Source: an uncultured Gammaproteobacteria bacterium (GTDB lineage: Bacteria; Patescibacteriota; Microgenomatia; UBA12405). From it: a stretch of 64,000 nucleotides of DNA. The translations under genes were made by a program, and so were the position numbers. Below the pieces are notes generated by a model. That model saw only the letters and a list, made by a program, of their open reading frames with translations, was not told the origin of the DNA and ran no database searches. Of the stretch, positions 47,124 through 57,778 are shown piece by piece; the stretch's first letter is position 1; every line of letters starts with the position of its first letter. The DNA is taken from assembly GCA_964538765.1 (NCBI GenBank), contig CAZIHS010000001.1, forward strand, positions 19,966 to 83,965, in the 5' to 3' direction.

Positions 47124-47762
47124 TTAGGTTAGACAAAGGTAAACCTTTACTCCGATGTAACCTGAACGGGTAAGTGATGGGGACTGAAAATAATCAATTT
47201 TTGAACGTAAAGTGCTTAAGGGCACTTTACCCCGCGAAAACTTTTCGCGGCGACTGATCTCGGCTCCATTTATACGTCCCGACAGAATAATTTTAACACC
47301 TTTAGCACCAGAAGTTAGGCATTTTTCCATAGCTGACAAAACAACACGGCGATAGGGCATTCTCTTGGTTAACTGGTAGGAGATTTTTTGGGCAACAAGC
47401 TTGGCAGAAAGATCAAAGTTTTTAAATTCCTCAACCTGGATATCAATATTTTGTTTATTGTTCCTGCCGATGATTTTTTGAACATCCTTCTTGACTGCCT
47501 CAAGCTCTTTACCTCCCCGACCAATTACTAGACCAGGACGACTAACAATCAGGTTAAGCTTGATCTTTTTGGTAGAACGTTCAATGCGGATAGCGACAAT
47601 GCCGGCTGATGCCAGTTTTTTTTCGAGAAAATCCCTTATTTTTTTGTCCTGAATAACCAGATCTTTGTAGGTTTTGGTGTCGGCATACCAGGAAGACTGC
47701 CATTCCGGCGAGTTCTTGACAGTTTCCAGACGAAAATTGATCGGATTAATTTTTTGTCCCAT
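47124..47762 (-). CDS. rpsC: 30S ribosomal protein S3
   Basis: KH domain (GRGGKELEAVKKD) and S3 C-domain. Confidence 0.9.
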   Translation of the reverse strand: MGQKINPINFRLETVKNSPEWQSSWYADTKTYKDLVIQDKKIRDFLEKKLASAGIVAIRIERSTKKIKLNLIVSRPGLVIGRGGKELEAVKKDVQKIIGRNNKQNIDIQVEEFKNFDLSAKLVAQKISYQLTKRMPYRRVVLSAMEKCLTSGAKGVKIILSGRINGAEISRREKFSRGKVPLSTLRSKIDYFQSPSLTRSGYIGVKVYLCLT

Positions 47763-48099
47763 ATAATTGGATATTTAAACGACTGTGCCGCTTGGTGATA
47801 ATGCCGCGGGCAAAGCGAGACCCATGAGATTTATCTATCTTTTTTGTTTTAGAGCCTTCGTTGACGGTTATTTTAACAAACTTTAGGCTGTTTGGATCAA
47901 AGGAATAGTTGTGTTTGGCCGAGGCGATAGCGTCAGACAGACAACGGTGAAGAAGGCGGGCCGCTTTTGTGTTAGTGAGCTTAAGGCGACTGGCGGCAGC
48001 CAAAGGATTGAGGGGTTTGATCTCGTTGACCAGAATCCGAAGCTTACGGGGCGAAATCATTAAATTGGGATGGCTATATTTAGAGATATTGGAGTCCAT
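47746..48099 (-). CDS. rplV: 50S ribosomal protein L22
   Basis: Start placed at MDSNISKY. The longer ORF would overlap rpsS. Confidence 0.85.
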   Translation of the reverse strand: MDSNISKYSHPNLMISPRKLRILVNEIKPLNPLAAASRLKLTNTKAARLLHRCLSDAIASAKHNYSFDPNSLKFVKITVNEGSKTKKIDKSHGSRFARGIITKRHSRLNIQLYGTKN

Positions 48100-48106
48100 A
48101 AGCTGT

Positions 48107-48382
48107 TTAGGTTTTTTCGATAACTTTTTTAACCATCCGGCCGTGACCTTTAAAGGTTCTGGTCGGAGAAAATTCTCCAAGCCGGTGACCAACCATATCC
48201 TCGGTAACATAAACGTCGATAAACTTCCGGCCGTTGTGTACCGAAAAAGTGACACCGACAAACTCAGGAGGAATTTGGCTGTGGCGGGCATAGGTTTTTA
48301 TAGCCTCAGTGCCTGATCTTTTGGCGACCTTGATTATCAATTTAGGATCAACGTATGGCCCTTTTTTGGAACTGCGTGACAT
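48107..48382 (-). CDS. rpsS: 30S ribosomal protein S19
   Basis: [15 protein letters not shown] ... GHRLGEF. Confidence 0.9.
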   Translation of the reverse strand: MSRSSKKGPYVDPKLIIKVAKRSGTEAIKTYARHSQIPPEFVGVTFSVHNGRKFIDVYVTEDMVGHRLGEFSPTRTFKGHGRMVKKVIEKT

Positions 48383-48385
48383 TTT

Positions 48386-49135
48386 TTACTTTTTGCGATG
48401 TTGAATAATTAAGCGGTTGGAATATTTTTTTCGTTTGCGGGTTTTTTTGCCCATAGCTGGTTTTCCCCACCGGGTTTTTGGATTCATACCAACAGAGCTT
48501 CGACCCTCTCCTCCTCCATGCGGATGAGAATGAGGATTTTGGGCAACACCTCTTACTTTTGGTCTTATACCCAGATGGCGGGATTGACCAGCTTTGGTTA
48601 ATTTTATGTTTGAGTGGTTTTCGTTGCCGATTTGACCGATAGTGGCCCGGGCGTCGGCAGGAAAAAGGCGGCTTTCGCCAGAGGGGAGTTTAATTACAAC
48701 CGAATTACCCTCGACACTTTGAACGAATGCTGAAGAACCGGCACTTTTTACCATTTTGGCGGGGCCTTTTGACTGGAATGTGATGGCGTGAATAGGAACG
48801 CCAACCGGAATGTTTCTAAGTTCAAGACAATTGCCGTCTTTTATGGCGACCTTGCTGCCAGAAACAACTTTCTGACCAACTTTTAATTTGGAAGGAGCAA
48901 GAATAAATGATTTGGAGCCGTCTTGATAGTGCAATAGCGCCAGACGCGAGGTGCGGTTGGGATCATATTCAATTGAAGCGACGGTGGCTAAAATGTTATC
49001 TTTTTGCCGCCACCAGTCAATTTGGCGAAGATAGCGTTTTTCTTCTCCGCCACGATGGCGGGAGGAAACATGACCGCGGGAATCACGTCCGCCGGTTTTT
49101 TTTCTAATTATAAATAATGATTTAAATTGTCCCAT
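48386..49135 (-). CDS. rplB: 50S ribosomal protein L2
   Basis: NPHSHPHGGGEGRS motif. Confidence 0.9.
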   Translation of the reverse strand: MGQFKSLFIIRKKTGGRDSRGHVSSRHRGGEEKRYLRQIDWWRQKDNILATVASIEYDPNRTSRLALLHYQDGSKSFILAPSKLKVGQKVVSGSKVAIKDGNCLELRNIPVGVPIHAITFQSKGPAKMVKSAGSSAFVQSVEGNSVVIKLPSGESRLFPADARATIGQIGNENHSNIKLTKAGQSRHLGIRPKVRGVAQNPHSHPHGGGEGRSSVGMNPKTRWGKPAMGKKTRKRKKYSNRLIIQHRKK

Positions 49136-49137
49136 AA

Positions 49138-49443
49138 TTATTTAGTTTTGATGGTTAGCAAGGGAATTGTTTTGTCTTTTGGCAAAGTGATAATAGCCTT
49201 TTTTAAATTTGGCTTAACTATGGGACGGCGGCGGCGCCAGTTTGTTTTGATTTTGCCTTTTATGAAAACAGTGTTAACCTTGACCGGTTTAACAGAAAAA
49301 AGTTCGGTAAAAGCGGCGGCGATTTGATTTTTGGTGGCGTCGGCTTTTACAAAAAAACCATATTTTCCAGCCTGCTGTTGCTGATAGCTTTTTTCGGTAA
49401 TGATAGGTTTAATTAGAATTTTTTGTGGACTGGAGTAGGTCAT
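49138..49443 (-). CDS. rplW: 50S ribosomal protein L23
   Basis: Canonical position and L23 fold pattern. Confidence 0.85.
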   Translation of the reverse strand: MTYSSPQKILIKPIITEKSYQQQQAGKYGFFVKADATKNQIAAAFTELFSVKPVKVNTVFIKGKIKTNWRRRRPIVKPNLKKAIITLPKDKTIPLLTIKTK

Positions 49444-49444
49444 A

Positions 49445-50077
49445 TTAGTTTTTGATTCGACTCCACGCCTGAGGAGTTAAAATTAGGCAGTCTAAGTTTG
49501 CCAAATAGTAATTACTTATTGAATTCAGATTGGCAATTGAAACGTATTTAAGGTTGGAAAAAGCACGTTTGACATTGGGCTGGCTCAACCTGGTAACAAC
49601 GCCGATCTTTTTGGAGTTTTTTAATGACGGATTGGAGGCCGAAAGTGAATCGACAAGCATTAAGGCGGCTTTGGTTTTTGGTTTAATTTGAGACAGTTTA
49701 TCGACGACAATAAGTTTGTTTTTGGAAATAAAATTGTCGATAATATAGGTCAGCGCTTTGTTTTTTTGCTTCTGAGTGATTCGTAGCTTGTAATTTCTCT
49801 GGCGTGGTCCGTGGACTACACCGCCGCCGACAAACTGAGGAGCTTTGCGCGAACCATGGCGGGCCCGGCCAGTACCTTTTTGGGCCCAAATTTTTTTGGT
49901 GCTTCCGGTAATTTCAGATCGGTTTTTTGTTTTTGCGCCGGCAGACCGCTGATTACTACGATAGACACGAACAGACTGTGACAAAGTGGCGGCGCCTTTT
50001 TTGGTGTCAGCCGAGACGTTGCTAATGGTCAGCTGTCTTAGTATTTTGCCTTCCAAATTGTATATCGGGAGTTTCAT
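49445..50077 (-). CDS. rplD: 50S ribosomal protein L4
   Basis: QKGTGRARHGS motif. Confidence 0.9.
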   Translation of the reverse strand: MKLPIYNLEGKILRQLTISNVSADTKKGAATLSQSVRVYRSNQRSAGAKTKNRSEITGSTKKIWAQKGTGRARHGSRKAPQFVGGGVVHGPRQRNYKLRITQKQKNKALTYIIDNFISKNKLIVVDKLSQIKPKTKAALMLVDSLSASNPSLKNSKKIGVVTRLSQPNVKRAFSNLKYVSIANLNSISNYYLANLDCLILTPQAWSRIKN

Positions 50078-50079
50078 TA

Positions 50080-50703
50080 TTAGATTTTATAAATGGTGAC
50101 CCAGGAATTATAATGACCTGGAACCGAGCCGGAGATGATAATTTGGTTTAGTTGAGTATCAACAGAAATGATTTTTAAATTTGGGACAGTTTTCTTAATA
50201 TGACCGTAATGACCAGGCATTTTTTTCCCTTTAACAACTTTGCCGGGAGTTTGGGCACCGATAGATCCGGGGGCCCTGACCCGATCAGATTGGCCACCGG
50301 TGACAGGACCGCGGTGAAAACCGTGACGCTTGATAACGCCGCTAAAACCATGCCCCTTGGTGGTTCCAGCCACATTAACCAAATCCCCTTCTTTTAGAAT
50401 GGTGTCGGGAGTTATTTCAGCTCCAACTTTGGGAACATCGGCGGGATTGGCGAGTTCAAATTCCTGAAATTTTAAGGGTTTAATATCAATTTTCAGTTTT
50501 TTCAATTTTTCGGCGGTGGCCCGGTCGTTATTTTTGCGCTGACCATAGGCGACCTGAACGGCTGAATAGCCGTCTTTATCGGGGGTTTTTATTTGAGTAA
50601 CAACTAGAGGCTGGTAGGAACAGACCGAGACCGATATCTGCCGGCCATTTTCAAGAAAATGCCGAGACATATGCCCTTTTTTAACAACAAATCCCTTTAT
50701 CAT
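50080..50703 (-). CDS. rplC: 50S ribosomal protein L3
   Basis: Conserved L3 blocks (TKGHGFSGVIKRHGF). Confidence 0.9.
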   Translation of the reverse strand: MIKGFVVKKGHMSRHFLENGRQISVSVCSYQPLVVTQIKTPDKDGYSAVQVAYGQRKNNDRATAEKLKKLKIDIKPLKFQEFELANPADVPKVGAEITPDTILKEGDLVNVAGTTKGHGFSGVIKRHGFHRGPVTGGQSDRVRAPGSIGAQTPGKVVKGKKMPGHYGHIKKTVPNLKIISVDTQLNQIIISGSVPGHYNSWVTIYKI

Positions 50704-50705
50704 AG

Positions 50706-51020
50706 CTACATCTTAACTTCAATGTCGACACCCGAGGGCAAATCGAGATGCTGAAGGCTGTCAACAATACGAAGACTGGAATTATAAATATCGATAAGCC
50801 GCTTGTGGATACGGATCGAATAATGTTCCTGGGCGTTTTTATCGGTGTGGGGACTGGTTAAAACGTTTAGTCGCTTTTTTGAGGTGGGAAGGGGAATAGG
50901 ACCCTGGACTTTGGCTCCAGCGGTAACTGCAGCTTCGACTATTTTTATGGCCGCCTGATCGATAATCCGATGATCAAACGATTTGAGCCGAATCCTGATA
51001 CGGTTACCTTTAGATGTCAT
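50706..51020 (-). CDS. rpsJ: 30S ribosomal protein S10
   Basis: IRIRLKSFDHRIIDQAA. Confidence 0.9.
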   Translation of the reverse strand: MTSKGNRIRIRLKSFDHRIIDQAAIKIVEAAVTAGAKVQGPIPLPTSKKRLNVLTSPHTDKNAQEHYSIRIHKRLIDIYNSSLRIVDSLQHLDLPSGVDIEVKM

Positions 51021-51044
51021 ATTTTAAAAAGAGCTAAAAAAGTA

Positions 51045-52217
51045 TTACTTGATTATTTTGGTGATGACTCCAGCGCCAACTGTTAACCCACCTTCGCGAA
51101 TTGCGAACCGACGACCAGATTCCATAGCCACCGGTTTTATTAATTTAACTGTAACCTTGGCATTATCACCAGGCATTATCATTTCAACGCCGGTTTGCAG
51201 TTCAACTGAACCAGTGACATCGGTGGTGCCGATGAAAACCTGTGGTCGATAACCATTGAAAATTGGGGTGTGTCGGCCTCCTTCTTCTTTTTTAAGTAGA
51301 TATATTTCTGCCTCAAAGTCGGTATGAGGAGTAATGGTGCCCGGTTTGGCAAGAACCTGGCCTCTTTCGATATCTTCCTTTTCAACTCCACGAAGCAAAA
51401 TGCCGACATTGTCACCGGCCTGACCCTGGTCGAGAGTTTTGTGAAACATTTCAACACCAGTAACAACACTCTTTTTGGTTTCTCTAAGACCGACGATTTC
51501 AACTTCTTCATTGACATTGACCTTGCCTCTTTCAATTCGGCCGGTAGCAACTGTACCCCGTCCTTTAATTGAAAAAACGTCCTCGATGGGCATTAAAAAG
51601 GGCTGATCAAGGTCGCGTTTTGGTTCCGGAACAAAATTGTCGAGAGCTTCTACTAGTTTTTTGATTGACTCAACGGCGGCCGGATCCCCTTCCAGGGCTT
51701 TAAGGGCTGAGCCGCGAATAATGGGAGTTTCGTCACCCGGATAATTGTACTTTTTTAAAAGATCACGGATTTCCATCTCAACCAGCTCAAGGAACTCGGG
51801 GTCTTCAACCAGATCCACTTTATTGAGATAGACAACCAAGGCAGGAACATTGACTTGATTGGCCAGAAGAACGTGTTCGCGGGTTTGAGGCATTGGACCA
51901 TCGGGGGCAGAAACAACAAGGATGGCTCCGTCCATTTGAGCGGCGCCTGTGATCATGTTCTTAACGTAGTCGGCGTGACCAGGACAGTCGATATGAGCAT
52001 AGTGACGTTTTTCAGACTCGTATTCGAGATGAGAAATCGCGATGGTAACTATTTTTGAAGCGTCCCTGACAGTTCCCCCTTTTGCAATATCGGCGTATGA
52101 CTTTGGGTTTCCCTGAACTTTGGCGATTGCGGCCGAAAGAGTGGTTTTCCCATGGTCGACGTGACCAATAGTGCCAACATTAATGTGTGGTTTTGTTCTT
52201 TGAAATGTACCAGCCAT
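51045..52217 (-). CDS. tuf: Elongation factor Tu
   Basis: [22 protein letters not shown]. Confidence 0.95.
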   Translation of the reverse strand: MAGTFQRTKPHINVGTIGHVDHGKTTLSAAIAKVQGNPKSYADIAKGGTVRDASKIVTIAISHLEYESEKRHYAHIDCPGHADYVKNMITGAAQMDGAILVVSAPDGPMPQTREHVLLANQVNVPALVVYLNKVDLVEDPEFLELVEMEIRDLLKKYNYPGDETPIIRGSALKALEGDPAAVESIKKLVEALDNFVPEPKRDLDQPFLMPIEDVFSIKGRGTVATGRIERGKVNVNEEVEIVGLRETKKSVVTGVEMFHKTLDQGQAGDNVGILLRGVEKEDIERGQVLAKPGTITPHTDFEAEIYLLKKEEGGRHTPIFNGYRPQVFIGTTDVTGSVELQTGVEMIMPGDNAKVTVKLIKPVAMESGRRFAIREGGLTVGAGVITKIIK

Positions 52218-52312
52218 GTTTTTTGATTTATTTGGACAAATTAATAAAATAGCAAGAAAAATGCTTTAAGATTTTAACAGTAGCAAGCGCCGTTTGCAAC
52301 AAAGCAAAAGGT

Positions 52313-54415
52313 TTATTTAGTTACCGCCGTAGTTAACTCTTCCTGAACGTCTCGAGGAACAGGGTCATAGTGCGATGGTTCCATGTAAAAGTTACCTCGA
52401 CCTTGAGTCAGGCTTCGAAGATCAGTGGCATAACTGTGAAGGTTTGCCAAAGGGACGCTTGATAAAATTTGGGTAAAGCCAAAACTGTCGGTAGTGCCCT
52501 GAATCATGCCCCGGCGGGAAGAGAGATCGCCCATCACCGGCCCCAGAAATTCTGAGGGAGTGTTGACCTCCATTTTCATGATAGGCTCGAGAATTATCGG
52601 CTTGGCCAGAGTAAAGGCGTCTTTAACGGCATAAGAACCGGCCAGTTTGAAAGCCGCTTCGGACGAGTCGACCTCGTGGTAAGTGCCGTCGTAAACCGTG
52701 ACTTTGATATCGGTGGCAGGAAAACCGGCAATGATACCCTTTTGAAGAGTCTCTCTCACACCTTTTTCAATGGCTGGAATAAAATTGGCAGGAATAGCAC
52801 CACCCTTGACACCGTTTACAAACTCAAATCCTTCACCCCGATTTTTTGGTTCAATTTTTAGTTTGCAATGACCATATTGGCCGTGACCGCCAGATTGGTG
52901 AATGTATTTACCTTCCCCCTGTGCAGGCGCAGTGATTGTTTCCCGATAGGCAACCTGGGGAGCGCCAACCTTAACATTTACCCCAAACTCTCTTTTTAGA
53001 CGGTCGACGACTATTTCGAGATAAAGTTCGCCCATGCCCGAAATAATTGTTTGCCCAGTTTCATGGTTATGTGAAACCCGGAAGGTGGGATCTTCGATAG
53101 CCAGGCGGTTTAGGGCTGCTCCCATTTTCTCCTGATCGTCAGAAGTTTGAGGCTCGATTGAGAGAGAGATGACCGGATCGGCAAATTGGATTGGGGAAAG
53201 CGAGAGAAGGGCGTTTTTGTCACATAAGGTATCACCGGTAGTTGATTCTTTTAATCCAATGCAAGCGACAATTTCGCCGGCAAAACCCTCTTCAATACCT
53301 TCTCTTTTGTCAGCGTGCATTAATAGCAGCCGACCAATTCTTTCAGTGGTTTTTTTGGTGGAGTTGTAGACATCGCTTCCAGATTTGAGGGTGCCTGAAT
53401 AAACACGGACATAAGACAAGGTGCCAACGTGAGGGTCGGACTGAACCTTAAAAAGAAGAGCCGACAGAGGTTCTGAATTTTCTGGTTTACGGGTAATTAT
53501 TTCTTGAGTGTTAACATCATAGCCCTCGGTGGGGGGCAGATCGATTGGGGAAGGAAGGTAGTCGACGATGCCGTCGAGAACGGGGTGGATGCCTTTATTC
53601 CGCCAAGCGGCACCGCAGTAAACCGGGAACAGTTTTCGGGCAATAGTGGCTCGACGAAGCGCTGATTTAAGTTCTGGAACCGATATTTCCTGTTCGTTTA
53701 AAAATTTATCCATTAATAAGTCGTCGGTTCCGGCGATTTTTTCAACCATTTGGGCCCGGGCTTTTTGGGCCTCAGACAAATACTGATCACTTACGGGAGA
53801 TACACTAAACTCCATCCCCTGCTCGTCTTTGTCATAAACAACCATTTTCATTTCCATCAGGTCAATGACACCAGTGTGGGCGTGTTCCTGGCCGACAGGA
53901 ATAACAACCGGAACGATTGGGGCCCTAAGTTTGTCAGTGATGCTTTTAAGGGTAAGGGAGAAACTGGCACCAACTTTGTCCATTTTATTAACAAATGCAA
54001 TGCGGGGAACACCATATTTGTCGGCCTGCCGCCAAACGGTTTCCGACTGGGCTTGAACACCGGCGTTACCGTCAAAAATCATAATGGCGCCATCAAGAAC
54101 ACGCAGAGAGCGTTCAACTTCGGCAGTGAAGTCGACATGTCCGGGAGTGTCGATAATATTGAGTCGGTAGTCTTTCCAGTAGGTGGTGATACAGGCTGAC
54201 TGTATTGTTATGCCACGCTCTTTTTCCTGAATCATGCTGTCGGTGGTGGTGGTGCCTTCATCAACCGAGCCGATTTTGTGAATTTTACCGGTATAGAATA
54301 GTATCCGCTCGGTAGTGGTGGTCTTGCCACCATCAATGTGGGCGATTATGCCGATATTGCGGACTTTATCTATCGGGACAATCCGGTTTTTTGTAACTTT
54401 AATTGCGTCAGCCAT
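52313..54415 (-). CDS. fusA: Elongation factor G
   Basis: AHIDGGKTTTTERIL, DTPGHVDF, NKMD, and domains II-V. Confidence 0.95.
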   Translation of the reverse strand: MADAIKVTKNRIVPIDKVRNIGIIAHIDGGKTTTTERILFYTGKIHKIGSVDEGTTTTDSMIQEKERGITIQSACITTYWKDYRLNIIDTPGHVDFTAEVERSLRVLDGAIMIFDGNAGVQAQSETVWRQADKYGVPRIAFVNKMDKVGASFSLTLKSITDKLRAPIVPVVIPVGQEHAHTGVIDLMEMKMVVYDKDEQGMEFSVSPVSDQYLSEAQKARAQMVEKIAGTDDLLMDKFLNEQEISVPELKSALRRATIARKLFPVYCGAAWRNKGIHPVLDGIVDYLPSPIDLPPTEGYDVNTQEIITRKPENSEPLSALLFKVQSDPHVGTLSYVRVYSGTLKSGSDVYNSTKKTTERIGRLLLMHADKREGIEEGFAGEIVACIGLKESTTGDTLCDKNALLSLSPIQFADPVISLSIEPQTSDDQEKMGAALNRLAIEDPTFRVSHNHETGQTIISGMGELYLEIVVDRLKREFGVNVKVGAPQVAYRETITAPAQGEGKYIHQSGGHGQYGHCKLKIEPKNRGEGFEFVNGVKGGAIPANFIPAIEKGVRETLQKGIIAGFPATDIKVTVYDGTYHEVDSSEAAFKLAGSYAVKDAFTLAKPIILEPIMKMEVNTPSEFLGPVMGDLSSRRGMIQGTTDSFGFTQILSSVPLANLHSYATDLRSLTQGRGNFYMEPSHYDPVPRDVQEELTTAVTK

Positions 54416-54521
54416 AGAAATTCTATTTTAATGAAAAAATAACTGTCGGGAACGACAGTTTGTTCTTGATATGTTATCACGAGCAGATTTAGTTAGCCAT
54501 AGGATGAGGTACAATTGAAAG

Positions 54522-55856
54522 ATGGTGACAAGAAAAGAAGTGGGGATTATCGGTGGAGGAATTACAGGACTGGTTGCAGCCTATAGGCTGAGTCAAAAGG
54601 GTTATAAAGTAACAGTGCTGGAAAAAAGTATGGATTTGGGCGGGTTGGCGGGAGGTTTTAAACTGGGAGGAGAGAGTATAGAAAAGGCGTATCACCATAT
54701 TTTTCAAACAGACAAAGACATTATCAAATTGACCGATGAGCTGGGTTTGGCTGATAAGCTGGAGTGGAAAAAAGGTTCGATTGGGATGTTTGTCAACAGT
54801 AAGTTGTGGCCCTTTATGACACCGAAGGACCTGCTTAATTTTAGTCCATTGGGTTTTTTTGACAAATTAAGGTTAGGATTGATAAAGATTTTGCTCGAAA
54901 ATGATAAAGGCTGGGAAAAGTATGTTGGAGTCAGGGCCGGCAGCTGGATGCGAAAATGGGGTGGAGAAAAAAATTACCGGATTGTTTGGGAACCGTTGTT
55001 AAGAGGTAAGTTTCACCATTATCACGAAAATGTGTCGATGGCTTGGCTGTGGGCCAGAATTCACACCCGGGGTAATTCAAAAGCCAAAGGCGAAACTGAA
55101 GAAAAACTGGGGTATTATCGGGGTGGATTTCAAGTACTAGTTGATGAACTGGCCAAAAGAATCAAAGAAAATAAAGGTGATATTATCACCGGAGTCGCGG
55201 TTCAAAAAATATCAAGAAGAAACGATAAGAAGCTGGTGGTGGAATGGAAAGAGAAAAACAAATATGACTGTAAAAATGTTTTTGATAGTGTTGTCGCAGC
55301 GGTTCCTTCTGATGTTTTGGCTTCTTTTTTAAAAGGGGAATCAGAGCTTGATGGTGAGGTTTTAGAATTTACTAGAATGTTAAGATCAATCGACTATTTG
55401 GGCTCAATTGTGGTGGTGTTCTCTACAAACCAATCATTAAGCCGGTTATATTGGCATAACGTTAATGACGTTAACTCTCCATTTTTGGCTTTTATCCAAC
55501 ACACAAACTTGATTGGAAACGAAAGATATGGTGGAAAACATGTTTATTATATGGGAAATTATTTACCGCACGATCACCGGTATTTTGGTGAGTCGGATGA
55601 GAAGATTTATAAGGAATTTTTCGGATATCTAAAAAAACTCTTCCCTCAATTTGAGCCCAGTAAGGTTTTGGAAAAATACCTTTTTAGACTAAACCGGTCC
55701 CAGCATGTGGTTGATACAAACTATATAAACAGAATTCCAGGTTATAAAACGCCGATAGATGGGCTTTTTTTGGCAAACTTTTCGCAAATTTTTCCGGAAG
55801 ATAGAGGGACTAACTTTGCGGTCCGCGAGGGTGAGAAAGTGGCCAAGATGATTTGA
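54522..55856 (+). CDS. FAD-dependent oxidoreductase (amine oxidase / protoporphyrinogen oxidase / phytoene desaturase-like fold)
   Basis: N-terminal dinucleotide-binding motif IIGGGITGLVAAYRL...VTVLEKSMDLGGLAGG. Substrate not inferable from the sequence. Confidence 0.65.
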   Translation: MVTRKEVGIIGGGITGLVAAYRLSQKGYKVTVLEKSMDLGGLAGGFKLGGESIEKAYHHIFQTDKDIIKLTDELGLADKLEWKKGSIGMFVNSKLWPFMTPKDLLNFSPLGFFDKLRLGLIKILLENDKGWEKYVGVRAGSWMRKWGGEKNYRIVWEPLLRGKFHHYHENVSMAWLWARIHTRGNSKAKGETEEKLGYYRGGFQVLVDELAKRIKENKGDIITGVAVQKISRRNDKKLVVEWKEKNKYDCKNVFDSVVAAVPSDVLASFLKGESELDGEVLEFTRMLRSIDYLGSIVVVFSTNQSLSRLYWHNVNDVNSPFLAFIQHTNLIGNERYGGKHVYYMGNYLPHDHRYFGESDEKIYKEFFGYLKKLFPQFEPSKVLEKYLFRLNRSQHVVDTNYINRIPGYKTPIDGLFLANFSQIFPEDRGTNFAVREGEKVAKMI

Positions 55857-55858
55857 AA

Positions 55859-57250
55859 CTATTCGTCGGTGGTTGTTTCTGCCGAGGTGGGTGTTGATTT
55901 AGGGCTGGGGATGGCTTTTTCGGAAGAAGCCGAGCTTAGGTCGACCCCAATAACGAAAACAACGTCATAGGGAGAGCTGCTTTTAAGGGTTTCTTCAACG
56001 GTGGCATCAAATTTGGGGGAAAGTGAACTTTCAAAATAGCGGCCATATTTTTCAGTCATGCCGGTTTTAACCCGGATGGTGTTTGAGGTAGCTTTTTCGG
56101 GACTATTGCCAACGGCGATGCTTTTGAAACCCAGCTTTAATATTATTTCTTTAAGAGTGGCTGCCTGACCGTTTATGTCGGTTGCATTTAAGACCTGTAA
56201 TTTAAGGTCTTTGCTGATGTCGGCCAAGGTTGGAACTGGAGTTTCAGTGGGGCTGATTTCAACCACTTCGGTTGGAGTCAGGTTCTCTTCGCCGCCAGGA
56301 GTTTCTAGATTGGCGGCAGAGTTGCGATTTAATACAAACCAGATAATGATTGAGGCGAGGGCGGCGGTAAAAATAAAAACAGCGACGATTGGGAGAACGT
56401 TTCTTTTTGGTTCCATTTTGGGAGGAGATAAATTATTAGTTGTTGGTTTAATTATATCAGAGGGTTTTAGAAAAGTTGCCAACACCGGTAATGGAATGTC
56501 GCTGGTCTTACCCGCTCTGGCTGATAAATCGCCTTCGTTGAAGGTCGAAACGGCCAGGTTGTTTTGACTGGAAACACGATGGGGAAAGTTCTCGGGCATA
56601 AACAAACGGTTGACTGATTGGCCAAAATATTGTTTGGAAAAATTAACGTTTTTTTGAATGTCTATTTTTGAGCTCTTCAATACCTGGCTGAGGTAGACGA
56701 CATTATTGTTGGCTAAGACCAGAAGCGAACTTTGTTTGTTTAGAGGGTAAAGCAGGAAATATTGACCCGAAGTGGATAAAGAGAAGGAGTTAATGCAGGC
56801 CTGGGACAAAGGAATTAGATTGAGAGGAAGCTGACTTATCTGGCTAAAATTGCTTTTTAGAATATCAATTGTTTTTTGGTCGTATATTACCGTTTTAATT
56901 AATAGTTTGCCGTCTTGGCTAATGAGATTAAAGTCCACATAGTCGGGAACTACATCAAAAGGGCAAAGCGGGCGGGAAAGGTCGGCCACAAATTTTTGAC
57001 TGACAGTTTCGGGTGAGTCCTCGTAGATAAATGAGCGGCAAAAAACCGCATCATCGGGGACGATAACGTCGATTGATTTTGGCTTGAGGTCTTTAAAAAG
57101 ATTAGCGAGAGTTTCGAGGTCTTTTTGGGTTTTTTTCTCCCAAAGACTTAAGTCCAGGGTAATAAGATAGTTGCTTTTTCGATTGACAAAGATGTCGAGA
57201 CGGTCGGGCTTTGGCCAAAAGGTGGCTTTGGATGGTGAAGAAAATAGCAT
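55859..57250 (-). CDS. Membrane protein: PilM-like (actin-like) N-terminal domain, one TM helix, C-terminal LytR_C domain
   Basis: N-terminal pattern resembling PilM (IDVIVPDDAVFCRSF...PFDVVPDYVDFNLIS), TM helix VLPIVAVFIFTAALASIIIWFVL, and C-terminal LytR_C-like LKLQVLNATDINGQAATLKEIILKLGF...YDVVFVIGVD. Confidence 0.45.
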   Translation of the reverse strand: MLFSSPSKATFWPKPDRLDIFVNRKSNYLITLDLSLWEKKTQKDLETLANLFKDLKPKSIDVIVPDDAVFCRSFIYEDSPETVSQKFVADLSRPLCPFDVVPDYVDFNLISQDGKLLIKTVIYDQKTIDILKSNFSQISQLPLNLIPLSQACINSFSLSTSGQYFLLYPLNKQSSLLVLANNNVVYLSQVLKSSKIDIQKNVNFSKQYFGQSVNRLFMPENFPHRVSSQNNLAVSTFNEGDLSARAGKTSDIPLPVLATFLKPSDIIKPTTNNLSPPKMEPKRNVLPIVAVFIFTAALASIIIWFVLNRNSAANLETPGGEENLTPTEVVEISPTETPVPTLADISKDLKLQVLNATDINGQAATLKEIILKLGFKSIAVGNSPEKATSNTIRVKTGMTEKYGRYFESSLSPKFDATVEETLKSSSPYDVVFVIGVDLSSASSEKAIPSPKSTPTSAETTTDE

Positions 57251-57277
57251 CAGTATTAGTAGTATGAGAAAAATCGC

Positions 57278-57763
57278 TTACCAACGCAAGTGGGCAAAGG
57301 CTTTGTTGGCTTCGGCCATTTTTTCAACTTCCATACGCTTAGCAACTGCCGAGCCTTCGTTTTTGTAGGCGGAGACAATTTCCGAGGCTAATTTTTCGGC
57401 AAAAGTGTGAAACTGTTTGCTGGGTTTTAGCCGTGATGAAGTGATCAGCCAACGAAGAGCCAAGGCGTTTTGGCGATGATAGCGGACAGCGGTTGGAACC
57501 TGATAGACAGCGCCGCCAATACGCCGGGGCCTAACCTCGACCTTTGGACGAATATTACTAAGAGCAATATCAAAAATCGCGAGAGGATCTTCCTGTCCAC
57601 CAATTTCTTTTTTGGCGATTTGCAAAGCATTATAGACTTGCTTCTCGGCGGCAGATTTCTTGCCGTCTTTCATAGCTGAGTTTATTAATTTGGTGACAAC
57701 GGGACTTTGATGAACAAAATCGGGAGGGGTAATTTTGATTTTTGCTTGTCCTTTGCGGGCCAT
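57278..57763 (-). CDS. rpsG: 30S ribosomal protein S7
   Basis: Conserved S7 blocks (PKVEVRPRRIGGAVYQVP). Confidence 0.9.
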   Translation of the reverse strand: MARKGQAKIKITPPDFVHQSPVVTKLINSAMKDGKKSAAEKQVYNALQIAKKEIGGQEDPLAIFDIALSNIRPKVEVRPRRIGGAVYQVPTAVRYHRQNALALRWLITSSRLKPSKQFHTFAEKLASEIVSAYKNEGSAVAKRMEVEKMAEANKAFAHLRW

Positions 57764-57778
57764 GGTTAGAAGTGATTA

